From the NCBI RefSeq assembly GCF_006345805.1, contig NC_043009.1, positions 53,258,001 through 53,322,000 on the forward strand: a stretch of DNA of 64,000 bases. Direction: 5' to 3'. Source of the stretch: Octopus sinensis. Its lineage: Eukaryota. Made by a program: the position numbers and the translations under genes. This document shows positions 13,208-26,589 of the stretch, in pieces. Below the pieces are notes generated by a model, which saw only the letters and a list, made by a program, of their open reading frames with translations, did no database searches and had not been told where the DNA came from. The number at the start of each line of letters is the position of its first letter. Positions within the stretch are counted from its first letter, which is position 1.

Positions 13208-13241
<34 letters not shown>

Positions 13242-13714
13242 TGTATGTATGTATGTATGTATATAAATCGGGGCGTGCCGTGATCTTTCTGGCTGGGGAA
13301 GCAATGACCAAAATTTTCTGTCACATAGATATTTGAACCAAATTGACATGTTCATATACAGCTATTTTTAAAATATAAAAAAATCGGATTTTATATTAAA
13401 GATGTTCTGCAATTTGAAAAAAATATAAGCAATTAGTCGAATAAATGCAGAAATCTACGTGCGTGTTATCTTTTCACCGTTTTTCTGATGGAAGCAGAAT
13501 GTCAACTTGTTTCCCATTTCCTATCTAAGTGTTACATAACAACATAAGATTATATATATCATAGGTATTGCGAATTGACAGAAACTTAATTTAAGCGCAT
13601 AAGTATTTATTAGCATCTGAAACTATTCATTATCAGCTCTTACTAGAAAAAAAAATTGGCTTTGTGACCGCACACGTACATGCCAAATAGCATTTTAACT
13701 CAACACCCATTCAA

Positions 13715-13869
<155 letters not shown>

Positions 13870-14026
13870 ATATATATATATAAGTGCTATTAAGTTAGAC
13901 ATGGCCTGGACCAATCTCTGGTCGAAACATATCTAAGTTTTATCTAAGTTTTATATATATATATGTATGCATATATATATATATATATATAAACCAGATA
14001 AACCAGATAAACCAGATAAACCAGAT

Positions 14027-14535
14027 AAACCACTTCCACCTCAGGTGTCTTCGGAACCTCCTTCACATCCGCTGGCAGGACAAAGTCCCAGACACGGAAG
14101 TTCTGAAACAGGCAGATCTCCCTAGCACCATCACGATCATGCGCAAGGCCCAGCTGAGATGGGCGGGCCACGTCTCCCGCATGTCCGACACTCGCATCCC
14201 AAAACAGCTCTTCTACGGTGAACTCAGCCAGGGCAAACGCAAAGTCGGAGGGTAGAAGAAGCGCTTCAAGGACAGTCTCAAAGTCTCTCTCAAAGACTTC
14301 TCCATCGGCACAGAGACTTGGGAGACACTTGCTGCCGACCGCTCATCCTGGCGTAGCGCAATCACCACAGGAGCAGGGACAGCTGAGGAGGGACGGATTC
14401 GGTCAGCAGAGCAGAAACGCCAGATGTGGGAGGGGCTTCCTTGCCCGGATTGGCCTCACCAGCTACCTCCGGTCTCATAGCAGCAATTGCACCAAATGAT
14501 GTCAATGGTCATCTTCGAACCCGAAGGACGAACAT
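14027..14535 (+). mobile_element. RTE-BovB-like LINE 3' fragment
   Basis: HFHLRCLRNLLHIRWQDKVPDTEVLKQADLPSTITIMRKAQLRWAGHVSRMSDTRIPKQLFYGELSQGKRKVGG*KKRFKDSLKVSLKDFSIGTETWETLAADRSSWRSAI, with one in-frame stop. Confidence 0.9.
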
Positions 14536-14705
14536 TATGTCTGTGTATATACATATATACATACATACATACATACATACATTATATATACAGTATATGA
14601 TAGTGTGTATGTTTGTATCTCTGTATGTAATTATTGCGTGTATGAGTATTTATTTGTGTCATTATATATGTGACCTTGTTGCTGAATCGTACGCATACGC
14701 ACGCT

Positions 14706-14758
<53 letters not shown>

Positions 14759-15595
14759 GCGCGCGCGTGCACGCACAGATACACGCCCGCACGTACGCAC
14801 ACACACAAAGAAAATCGACCTCGGAATCAAAATCTATGGTCATGAGTATTCAAGTGTTCAGTTACTTCAACTACCACCCTCATTGAATTAGCGTATACGT
14901 GGCTGAGTATAATAGCGGAGTTAACACGACACAGGGACTAGTCCGGGCCTTTGAATTACATGTGAAATCCACCCGATGGGATTCCGCATAGTTTCCCTCG
15001 ACCAACTTTCATTCATTTATTGACTTCAGGTTATGGAAAATGGCGCTTACCTAAGATGCAATACTGTGAACTGAGAGAGGAGCGAACTTCATATACCCTT
15101 GCAGTACCTCATATATATAATTCAGGGTCATAAGAGCCATTGTGTCCTTTTCTAAAAGAGTAAGGCATGAATTGAGCACGATGTGCCTGCCATTTCTAGT
15201 AGCCACCAGTAGTTGTCTTCCTCGGTTGATATGTTAATATGCTTTTTTTGTATGTAAGAACATGTATAATATAATTGCTTGTCATGTAACGTGTCTGTGC
15301 GTGTTTATGGTGCGTCTATGTAAGTGAAGTATGTATGTGTTGTGGAGGTGAGTGTGTATGTGATTGTGTATGCGTGTGTGTGTGTGAGTGTGTGTGTGTG
15401 CACGTGGTAGCGGTAGCGGTATTGTCGACGGTGGTGATGGTGGTGTCCAACTGGAGAAATAGCAACAACATGAGTGAGTAGGACGTAACACGAAGCACGA
15501 TTTTCTCTAAGCTTCTTCCTCTCTTTCCTCTTGCTCTCCCTCCATCCCTCCCTGCTTCCTTCTTTCTCTCTTCTGCCTTTGTTTTTTTTTAAAAT

Positions 15596-17891
15596 TCAGA
15601 CGTAAGAAACCTCATACTCAAGATCATCAAGTGCCAGTAGCTCCCTCTGTATTCGGGTCAAATCCTGTTGTAGCTTACGAATACGAATCTTCCTTTCGTT
15701 GTCAATGACTTTCTCCATTCCTTCGGCTGATGGCAGCCCCAGTTCTTGCTCAGGACAGGTCTCCATGGTTTCGACGTTCGGTTGAGGTTGTCCCTTACAT
15801 GACGATGACAATGTCGATGAAGATGATAATTTTGATGATGATCTTGATGATGTTGAAGATGATGATGATGATATTAATAATGATGATGACGATGGCGCAG
15901 ACGCCTGCGCTGACGGTAAAGCAGAAGAAGAAGTAGCTGTTGCTGATCTTGTTAATGAGGTTGTGGTCGACAACGACGACGATGTAGTAGTAGTGATAGT
16001 AGTAGTAGTTGCAGTCTTTGTTGTTGCTGCTATTGTTGTTATGGTTGTTGTTGTTGATGATGATGATGAAGGTGATGATGATGATAATGATGATGGTGAT
16101 GATAATGCCGTTGACGAAGACGATGACACCGATGACGAGGATGTAGGCTGAACTGAAGTATTAGTATCAGTCGTAATAATGCTGCTATTATTAGTATTAG
16201 TATAAGTGGTAATAGTACTAGTTGTAGTAGCATTAGTAGCAGCAGTAGAAGTGCTGTTGTTAAATGTAGTATTAGTGGTAGTAGAAGCTAGATTAGCAGT
16301 AGTAATAGTTGTAGCAGTAGCAATGGTACTAGCTGCTACCAACGTCGTCGCAGGCGCAGAAAATGTAGAGGACGAAGATCTGACCACAGCTCTGGATGTT
16401 GCTTTAGAAGCCACCTTTGCTGCTACTTTCGCCCATTTTTTGGATGATATTCTCATTGGCGGCTCTTCAATGCGAGGACAACTTTTGATATTTTCTTCTT
16501 TTAAACTATAGTCTGAAACATACGGCAGTTTTCCCCTACTTTGAGAAGGGGATGACACCTCGCTTATATTCTTTTGCAATAAAGGTTTCATTTTCGATGG
16601 AACCATTTTGTTTGAACACGTGAGCATGTAATCAGACGATGGCGATGATGACGATGATAACGATGAAGATGAAGTTCTTTTAGGACCCGACTGTACTGGA
16701 AGTAATTCTTCGGTATTGTTCAGCTTGGTTCGCCGATTTTTCGTATCATCAATCCAAGATTTCTGGGTTAACTTTTTGAAAAGATTGAGTCTGAAATTTG
16801 ACCAGGACGAGGATATTGAACCTGATGTAGCCAAACTTGGCATCATTGTGGTACTAGAACCACGCTGTAGAGAAGGTGACGATATTGAAGACAATTTCAT
16901 GGAGGCGACTGTGTTGTATATTTTCCCTGGATATTTTTCTTTTTCAAATGTTCTACCTTGACGATCTTCCCCTGAACCAGCATATTGGACTCTTCCTTTC
17001 CTGTACTGCTTGTTATTATATTCTTCATCATCGTCATTATCAGCAATGACTTCATAGGTGTAGTCATGGCAATGGGGGTTCACGTTATAATAATCATCCC
17101 CATCATCTCCCCCTTCTCCACAACCCTCCACTTCCACTAAAAACCGCACTGTCTTATGTACACTATATCTGTTTTTATCAGGAGACAGTGGCGGCGATGG
17201 TTGTGTTTTCGACCGACGCAAGCTTGGTCGCTGCGGTTTCTTTAGTCTGTAATGTTGATTCATTGCCTTATCGTTCCGTAGGTCGGAAAAAGTTGCAGAG
17301 TAACAACCATCGTCAATAGAAGGTGATCCCAATATGGGTTCCTTTAATATTTCAACTGACGACGTAACCGGAAGTTGTTCAGCCTCATTGTCAACGCTCA
17401 TGGAAACGCTGCGATGAGCTGCAAAAAATCTTGCCTTACTTGCTTTTAAATTATTGAGCTTGTATCTCTTGCACATTCTCGTAGCACCAATACCGTTATC
17501 TCCCGAGAAACGTTTTTCTTCTTCAGTTTTGTCTTCATCATCCTTATCATCATCACCCACTCCTTCCTCCATCTCTCTCACCCCTCTCCTTCCTACTCCA
17601 TCATCTTCTTCGTCTTCATCTTCTTCATCTATATATTTTATAGTCTTGTTATTCGTGTCCTCTAGACAAGCTTTTTGCTCTGAACGTGTGATGGGATTTT
17701 TGGTATATTTACGGCAATTCGACTTGAAATTAGAAGCTTTGATTTTATCTGTGACTAACAGACCCGAGATTTGAAAATTGCCTTCATTTCTTTCCGATAT
17801 CGCATCGACTTCGTCTTCTTCAGGGTGACTGTCTTCTGTTGTCTCTCCAAAATATGAGACCACGTCGTCTGCATCGGATATTGAATGGCAG
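15596..17891 (-). CDS. GABA-B-R3: GABA-B-R3-like receptor, large terminal coding exon (764 aa plus stop; disordered acidic and Ser/Thr-rich tail ending in a predicted coiled coil and EVSYV)
   Basis: Acceptor tatattttgacag|C TGC CAT is phase 2 and exactly completes the CG- left by the previous exon (Arg). The frame is open for 2296 bp, through both complex and low-complexity sequence, to TGA at 15596-15598. Confidence 0.78.
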
Positions 17892-18691
17892 CTGTCAAAA
17901 TATATATAAACAATGTTAGAGTGACAATATAATCTATGACAAGACAATAAGCAGATAAATTAACATATAGAAAGGTACGTGAAAAGACACAAGGAGCGAT
18001 GGGAAATAACAGTTGCGTTTTAAAACCCTCTAATGCCGGAGATATTTGACAAACCTCACTCATATTTTTCGTCATTGCTTGAAAAGAGTACAAATGAATA
18101 AACAATTGCCTGAGAAGAGTACAAATGAATAAACAACACTTTCTTCAGTTAACACACACACACACACACACACAAATATACAATCTCTCCCTCTCTCTCC
18201 CTCTCTCCTGCCCCTCTCTCTTTCTCATATATACTCCCCCACAACAAAGCTTTTAACTTAAAAACGCCCGGAATGAGTTCACTGTTTGAATAGAAAGCTT
18301 TCGACAGAACTATTGTTCAAAAGGATCCACATGCAAGTCCGACACGACAATGGTTGGACAAATTCTCCGGAGAAGGCACAGAGATGCTGAGATGAGGTTG
18401 AAAATGATGATGATAACGATGATGATGACAACCACTGAAGAAATTGGTAGTTCTATTACTAACTATGAACCAAATATTCTATTCATATGAGAGGCAATTT
18501 TTAGAATGAAACATAGACCTACCTATAACAAATTATTTAATGTAAAGTAATACATTCATTAATCACTTCACTTGACATGTAGAGTAATTAAAGAATTTGA
18601 GGGTTACATACATTACCTTTCTGAGCATTATATTACTGGTATTTATATATTGACTATGTACGAAAGAAAATGGCTTTTCATGAAATAAGAG

Positions 18692-19103
18692 GGATCTTTT
18701 CGGTTTGAATGGCAGTTTTTTCAAGCGGTGTCATATGAAATTGTCACCCATAACTATGACCCTAGTATCGATCTATGGCATTTCAATCTGTTTTAGGGTT
18801 AGGGGTGGGGGGAAGGGCATCTTTTTTTCTTCAGAAATGTAAATAAACCCAATCTGTTTCTTAAACGAGGGACATATTCATACGGCACAGAATGTTTTCA
18901 CCCCAATAGGCATCATTGATTGGTTGAAATTGCAGAAATTGAAGAAAAAAACAACAGATATCTTACAAACTATAGAATTTTCTCAATAAAACCAAGAGAA
19001 AAAGGTGTTTTATAAACACATTCTACCAGTATACGAAGTTTAAAGGTGTTTAGTTACGTGGAAATTTATGTTAAAAAAACTGCCGTTCAAACCGAAACGA
19101 TCC
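18692..19103. mobile_element. MITE-like non-autonomous element with about 30-bp TIRs, in the last intron
   Basis: GGATCTTTTCGGTTTGAATGGCAGTTTTTT ... AAAAAAACTGCCGTTCAAACCGAAACGATCC. No coding capacity and no clear TSD. Confidence 0.75.
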
Positions 19104-19210
19104 AATACGAGCATTATTTCACTCGTTAGTTACTTCAAGGTTATAATGTTCTAGTTAGCCGCGCACAATTTCGTAACAGAAGTGTGAATTGAGCAACTAT
19201 TTGGACTTAC

Positions 19211-19365
19211 CGCTGAGCAGAAGCAGCAGCAGTTCCGGTGATACTGGTAGACAAACTATCCAACCCGTCTTCCGGCATCAAAGCGAGCAGTTCATCAGTA
19301 AAGCGGAAATATGAGATATTTGGTAATTCCAATAAATACTCCAGACGATTGATTTCTTCCTCGAG
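19211..19365 (-). CDS. GABA-B-R3: GABA-B-R3-like receptor, second half of coiled coil
   Basis: ctcttttctattaag|LEEEINRLEYLLELPNISYFRFTDELLALMPEDGLDSLSTSITGTAAASAQ-CG|gtaagt. It continues the heptad (cf. recalled LDAEIRKLERLLE). 155 bp, phase 0/2. Confidence 0.85.
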
Positions 19366-19687
19366 CTTAATAGAAAAGAGATAAGAGCAAATCATAGGAA
19401 ACAGTGAAAGCAATTAGTCAATGAAGAATCAGATTTAATTAAATTTTAAACCTAAACTAATGTAATAGCAAAAAACGTTAGGATGTTAACGCAAATATAT
19501 GGATAAGTTAATTAAAGAAGTTGAGAACATGATAGTAAAATAAGAAGAAAAACGATATTTAACTCACGAAGACAATGAAAATAGCAATCATTTAGTTTAT
19601 TCGAAAATTAAAATCATATGATTTTTGTTCGTTGTATTAGGAAAAATAAACACACACAAACGCATACACACACACAAACACACACAA

Positions 19688-19746
<59 letters not shown>

Positions 19747-19835
19747 ACACACACACACATACACACACACAGACAAATGCATACACGCACACACACAAAC
19801 ACACACACACAAACGCATACACACACACACAAACG

Positions 19836-19879
<44 letters not shown>

Positions 19880-20477
19880 AACTCGAGCCAAGAAGCAAAG
19901 CTACAAGTAGAAGAATAATAGCACACCACGCGATAAAATTTGTTAAAGACAAAGTAAAAAAGTTGACTGTAAAACAAATAAAAAAATGTTATCTATGGAC
20001 CAGACATTTAATCTGGATATTATTGTTATTTCAATGCATATGTTGTATTTTGGCTTGAACGCGGTTTCGATCCCAGTTCACGTCTAGTAAGTAATATGTG
20101 CATATATGTGTATATGCGTATGAGTGCAAATCTACATGCATGTATGTGTTTGTGTGTGTATAGAAGTATGTATGTGAACTCATGGTTCTGTCCTTTTATG
20201 GATGTATTTTTCTAATATTCTGTCAAGAAAGGAAGGACAACATCCATAACTGAAATTAAAGAATCCATGACTGCTTGGAGACTAGAAGAGAGAAAGGAGG
20301 TTTATTCCCAGAGCAGAGATTATGCCGGATTACTAGCAACAGAGGGGCCTATACTGAACGTTACCACAAGCCCAGGTAGTGGACAGATTGACTTTACTGC
20401 GCAAGGACAAAAACGGCAACGCAGACTAAAGTGTACTAACATGTATTATGTACTGATGTGTTCTAATATAATAATAT

Positions 20478-20870
20478 ACTCTTTTTTTTACTCTTTTTAC
20501 TTGTTTCAGTCATTTGACTGTGGCCATGCTGGAGCACCGCCCTTTAGTCGAGCAAATCGACCCCAGGACTTATTCTTTGTAAGCCTAGTACTTATTCTAT
20601 CGGTGTCTTTCGCCGAACCGCTAATATACGGGGACGTAAACGCACCAGCATCGGTTGTCAAGCGATGTTGGGGGGACACACAAACATACACACACACACA
20701 AACATACACACACACACACACACATATACATATATACGACGGGCTTCTTTCAATTTCTGACTAACAAATCCACTCACAAGGCTTTTACCTAAGGTGCCAC
20801 GCAGTGCGACTGAACCCGGAACCATGTGGTTGGTAAACAAGCTATTTACCACACAGCCACTCCTGCGCCT
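20478..20870 (-). mobile_element. tRNA-derived SINE, local family D, with internal (GT)n (partial copies at about 9060-9480 and 44985-45130)
   Basis: Head AGGCGCAGGAGTGGCTGTGTGGTAA...GGTTCAGTCGC and tail ggcggtgctccagcatggccacagtcaaatgactgaaacaagtaaaaagagt. Confidence 0.85.
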
Positions 20871-20919
20871 ATATGTATACTATGTATGCTAAGATATGGT
20901 TAGTTTATATCACACTGTA

Positions 20920-21142
20920 AAGGTCATAGGGCTAGTTTCCCCGGTTTCTCTGGCGTATAAATTCTTCTCTGGATAGGAGGCCAGTGCGTCGTAGGATTCC
21001 TCATTTTTGCCAGCTGAGTGTAATGGAGCAATATGAAATGAAGTGTTTTGGTCAAGAACACAACGCATCTCCGGCTCAGGAATCGAAACCACAATCGTAT
21101 GATTATAAGTCCAACATCCTGACCACGAAGCCACACGCTTCC
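20920..21142 (-). mobile_element. SINE family B
   Basis: Reverse-complement homolog of 8321-8565. Confidence 0.8.
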
Positions 21143-21621
21143 ACTATGCGCTAATGTAAGGTGTGTATTAACATGTATGATAAATACTAATATGTATTAA
21201 TGTGCAGTGTGTATACTCCTGTGTAATAATGTTTCAGATAACACGGAACCCCAGGAAACTGGTGATTACCTACGTTGGCTAGACTTGTATTATTTGAAAA
21301 CCCGACAGGAAAAATACAGTCAAACTGCAGTGGGGAGTGGAGTATCAAACGATTTGGACAGAGACCTTCTTCAGGGAAAAAAAGCGATGGCAAGAGTGAA
21401 ATACTAACAAAGATAGTTAAGTACCCTCTATGTATGTATGATTAATTGGCTGCAGCTGATGGAGAACAGAAGACAACGTGAACGTCCGTACGTAGTCAAA
21501 ATATACAATGTGTGCAGTAGTGTGAACTGTGTGCTAAAGTGTAACACACAGAGCTCTCCCTCGTCCCCTCTATTTATCGCCCCTAGCTCTCTCTGCCATG
21601 GTGGACGACCACAACAACAAC

Positions 21622-21703
<82 letters not shown>

Positions 21704-21731
21704 TTGTTGATGATGATAGAAACAAACTTAC

Positions 21732-21887
21732 CGCCACTAACTCTCTCTTGTAAACTTTATTCTGAATTTCAGCTCTGTACTGCAGTTCCTTCTTGTCACT
21801 GAAATCGAACCTGCGGATGTTGGCTTGGACTGTGATACCAGTACCTGTGATCACTGGATTACCGTTTGACGTCATAATCGCGTATAT
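21732..21887 (-). CDS. GABA-B-R3: GABA-B-R3-like receptor, membrane-proximal C-tail and first half of coiled coil
   Basis: gttattttag|IYAIMTSNGNPVITGTGITVQANIRRFDFSDKKELQYRAEIQNKVYKRELVA|gtaagt. 156 bp, phase 0/0. It resembles the recalled GABA-B-R3 segment RRFVVDDRRELQYRVEVQNRVYKKEIQA. Confidence 0.88.
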
Positions 21888-22929
21888 CTAAAATAACGAT
21901 GATAACAATAAAAAATAATTACATTCAATCGATGTCCGAAAGTATTTTTTTTTAACATTGTAAAAATCGCCGAACGTGTCAGTTCGACCCTCTAATATAG
22001 TCGTTATATTAACAGGCTGCTACTGCTGTTATGGCTGCTGTTCCTGTTACTAGCGAAAGTGTTCAAATATGAAGATACGTTGATACCACAGAAACACAGG
22101 AGTGGTGTTTTATTTTCTCCCTCTGGCCCGTTACTAGATATTCTGCAAATAAATCATGGATTCTTTCCTCCGTTCACTGATTAAGACTTAAAAATCATAA
22201 GAACAAATAATGAACATTATGATAATGATTTCTTGCATCTGCACATGACAATAGAATTTGTAGGTAAAGAGCATCGTTGATTGCGGTTATTGGTATTCAT
22301 TTTATCAACATGTGTAAAATAAATATTATGAGATCTTCATGTTTATCTTGTTAAAGTTATTCGTGGTAACTCCTGTATAAATACTTTAGATACCATCCGT
22401 GTGTGATATATTGGTTCTGCATATTAGCGTCTTAGAAAAGACAGATCATTTATACTAGCGGGGCCTGTGAATATATCACGGAAAATATAGAAAACCTACT
22501 GGGTTATTCCTGAAAACTTTATCCAAAAAGCCTGAAAGCGTAGCCTGTGTTGTGTCTGTATCAAAAGATGGTCGTTCATCTGCTATTCATTGAAAAGTGA
22601 AGGAAATTGGAATACGATAATTACTGAATACACTTTATAGTAAAACAAAGATATTTTTACGGAGATGTACTTGCATAGCAAGTGACCTGATCTGAGATCC
22701 TGTGCTGGAACGAAAACAATTGCAGCGTGGAAGGTGTTTATAAGCCATTTAAGAAACACACAAAAATCGTTAGCTTCACTTCAACATTTAAATTGTTTTT
22801 TTTTTTCTGAAGCGAATGGCATGTTTGGGATGCGCATGCGTTAAGTGATAAGTAATATAGAAAAACTTAGTTCAATTAAAAACAAAATGCTTTTCACTAT
22901 GCACCCAATATCGCCCCCCCCCATCACCA

Positions 22930-24050
22930 CTTAAGCATAGCAGGGGAATAATTAAAATACTAATAAGCACACATAATTTCCACATAAACAGTGACGTAGA
23001 CCGTCTGCATCTAAAACGTAAACAAGGTGGCAGAGGCTTAACATCGATCCAAGATGCCTTTGAATGTCGCATCATATCCCTTCTGCAACGTCTTTTGACC
23101 ACCAAGTGTCGAAGTACATCCCCTGACCAAGTTTGCATACACGAGGATGATAACATCATCAGACTTGAGCAGCAACTTGAGCAACGCTCCTTGTCTGATA
23201 ACCTAGAATACATGCCGGAAGAAGTCGCACGACTCTACCGCAACATATCATCGGATGAAAGGATGAGCCTATATGAGCAGAAGACTATGCATGGATATGT
23301 TAGTAGAAAGCTTCATCAAATCAGTTTATCATGGCCGAATAGCCGGATGTGTAATAATGTTTCACATTGAAGAGTATGCGTTTGCAATCCAGGAACAGGA
23401 AATATCAACCAAGTACCTGATGCACAAAACGGATAGTGATGCGGGAAAAGCTGTAGAATGTAACAACCGATGCTGACTTTCTGGAGTTCATACTGAAGAT
23501 ATCACCCACATCATAAGCATGTGTAATAATGTTTCACATTGAAGGGTATGCGTCTGCAATCCAGGAACAGGAAATATCAACCAAGCACCTGATGCACAAA
23601 ACGGATAATGATGCGGGGAGAGCTGTAGAATGTAACAACCGATGCTGACTTTCTGGAGTTCACACTGAAGATACCACCCACATCATAAGCATCCGAAAAT
23701 GTGATCACGGAGGTATCTACCGATGAGACATGACGTTGTAGCTAGGACACTCTATAATGAAATCTGTCGGAAGGATAGTCTCGAGGACAAAGAAATAAAA
23801 ACCCACAATATGCTAGAAGCCATAGCCACTAATAATGAAAAGGAATACTGGTGGAATGTACCAGTGAAGACTTCAATAAAATGTAAACACAACAGACCTG
23901 ATATAATGATTTGGGATAGAGAAGAGAAACTGTGCACAGTTGTGGAAATTAGCTGCCCAGCATATGTTAACATCAACTGAAGATCAGTGAAAAAGAGAAC
24001 ATCTATGCTGAAGTATTGAGAAATCTGCAGTTAATGTATCTTTGAAATAA
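22930..24050 (+). mobile_element. R4/Dong-like non-LTR retrotransposon 3' fragment (CCHC finger plus restriction-like endonuclease), decayed
   Basis: DVDRLHLKRKQGGRGLTSI, EYAFAIQEQEISTKYL, RC*LSG..TEDITHIISMC (C-C-H-C finger), RHDVVAR and WNVPVKTSIKCKHNRPDIMIWD..EK.CTVVEISCP. Confidence 0.88.
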
Positions 24051-24143
24051 ACTGAATAATGACATACATACCCGCACACTGTCACACAGATACAGGGATA
24101 TGTGCATATATATGTATGTATGAGTGTGTATATATGTATATTG

Positions 24144-24207
<64 letters not shown>

Positions 24208-24767
24208 GTATATAGATATATGTATATAAATATATGCTTGTACATATATATATATATATATATGTGTGTGTGTTTTTATGCATTCATGTATGTATGCAAG
24301 CATATGTGTATATGAATGTTGTAAATGCTTATGTTTACTGATTTAGTCAAAGTAATTGAGTTTTATATACACACATATTTATATACACTCATATATATAC
24401 GCATATATATATAGTGAGAGAGAGAGGGACAGAGAGAAAAAAGAGAGAGAGAGTGGAGGGAGGGAGGGAGGGAGAGAGAGAAAGAGAGAGAGAGAGAAGT
24501 ACGGAAATACGAATGAGGACAGAGATATAATAAAGAATTAGCCAAGGTAATTAAAATTTTATAAATATGTTTGTCGGCCAATCATAAATTTAATCACATT
24601 TTTATACAATTAAAATTCCACGTAAATGACGATATTTAATCATATCATTTTAAACGTTAATATAAATTCCAGTGAAGAATTCAGCATTTATTCCATTCTT
24701 GTTTCCGTTGTTCAGGCACTCGCGTCATTCGCGGCTTTTGCATCCTTCCACGTCTACTTGTATTAGG

Positions 24768-25154
24768 GGAGGCGCAATGGCCCAGTGGTTAGGGCAGCGG
24801 ACTCGCGGTCGTAGGATCGCGGTTTCGATTCCCTGACCGGGCGTTGTGAGTGTTTATTGAGCGAAAATACCTAAAAGCTCCACGAGGCTCCGGCAGGGGA
24901 TGGTGGTGATCGCTGCTGTACTCTTTCACCACAACTTTCTCTCACTCTTACTTCCTGTTTCTGTTGTACCTGTATTTCAAAGGGGCGGCCCTGTCACTCT
25001 CTGTGTCACGCTGAATATCCCTGAGAACAACGTTAAGGATACACATGTCTGTGGAGTGCTCAGCCACTTACACGTTAATTTCACGAGTAGTCTGTTCCGT
25101 TGATTCGGATCAAACGGAACCCTCGTCGTCGTAACCGACGGAGTGCTTAGATAG
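24768..25154 (+). mobile_element. tRNA-derived SINE, local family C, with TSD
   Basis: GGAGGCGCAATGGCCCAGTGGTTAGGGC...GGTTTCGATTCC head and tail ...cgtcgtcgtaaccgacggagtgc. ACTTGTATTAGG(GGA) is duplicated at 24756 and 25155. Confidence 0.88.
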
Positions 25155-25712
25155 ACTTGTATTAGGGGACCAGAACAAAAACAACACCATCAACAAAAAC
25201 AATTCCAGAAATTGCAAGCAGGGTAACATTCTAAACGCCAGAAAACAAATAAATACCAATTGTTTAACCAGAGAACTAAGAAGAGCACTGATAAACGTTA
25301 TCGAACCCCCTGATACCGGAGGTGGAAACAGAGGAGAGATTCAACTTTCGGATGTAGACTTGATTGTCCAATGCCTATAACAGACTGTGTGTGCATGTGT
25401 GTATGTGTGTGTGCGCGTGTGCGTATGTGTGTGTGCTCGTGCGCGTGAAGAGTATCAATGCGTGTAAGCATACATACCCGTACGTATATATGTTTGTGTG
25501 TGTGTGTGTGTGTGTAGACATATATATATATATAAACACATACATATATACGTACACACTCACACACACGCACACATATATATGCATATATACATACATA
25601 CTCACACACATATATATACACACACACACACAACACATTAATATATATATATATACATATATCTATCTATCTATCTATCTATCTATATATCTATCTTTCT
25701 ATATATCTATCT

Positions 25713-25766
<54 letters not shown>

Positions 25767-25978
25767 CTATATATATATATATATATAATATATATGTATA
25801 AAAAATATATATAAAAATACAAAATGGGACAAGAACGCAAAACATTCAAATAGACGACACAAAAAAAAAACGGACGGGTCATTCGAAGCCTCTAATCTTC
25901 AGTCAAGAACCGGATCATCCTCGCAATTTCGGCTGATTTATATATATATATAAATATATACATATGCATACACATATT

Positions 25979-26009
<31 letters not shown>

Positions 26010-26589
26010 GTCACGTGGATAATTCATATTTTTAAATAGTTTGCCCGTTGTGTCGTTGAATATGCAGATGCATAAACAAATAAATAAATGAAGGTAAACT
26101 TGTGCGCATCTTCACGGACGAACACACATATGAGCACAAATATATGTAAGGGAGAATATAAATAAATCAGAAATATAAGCATATAGATGATTATTTGAAC
26201 GTGTTGTTTTTTTCTGGGTACCCCACTGATGTATAGAAGTGTTAAAACGAGTACAGATTCATTTTACCACCCAAAGTAGAAGCGTTACAAAATACTTGTC
26301 CAACGATTTGTGCAACAGATTTTATGCTGCAACGCCGTGGCTTCAGTCATTACCTTATTCCTAGGAAGCGAATTAAAATGTGTTTTTTACCGTTAATTGA
26401 TGTAAACAACCATGTCAGAAGCAAATAGACTTCCGTAAGACATCGTTTTATGTTTATCCTATCTTGTAAAAGTTTATATTTTTTTATTGATTGATGTTTT
26501 TATGTTTCAAGTTTTATATGTGAGTGTTTAATCATGCTATGTACAAAATAAGCCTTGGAACTGTCTCAATTTCAAAGAGGCTGTATATT

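Noticed and set aside
13905-13940. GACCA-atctc-TGGTC GAAACATATCTA resembling stem II plus helix III
   Set aside because: There is no core upstream and no stem I complement.
15596-17947. Treating the 783-aa ORF as a stand-alone gene starting at 17947
   Set aside because: The start is a non-ATG codon lying in intron-like sequence. A phase-compatible acceptor at 17891 links the ORF to the receptor exons.
25870-25937. CTGAAGA...CGAAT and GCCGAAATTGCG on the minus strand next to (TA)n
   Set aside because: Hammerhead-like words are present, but stems I and III cannot be formed consistently.
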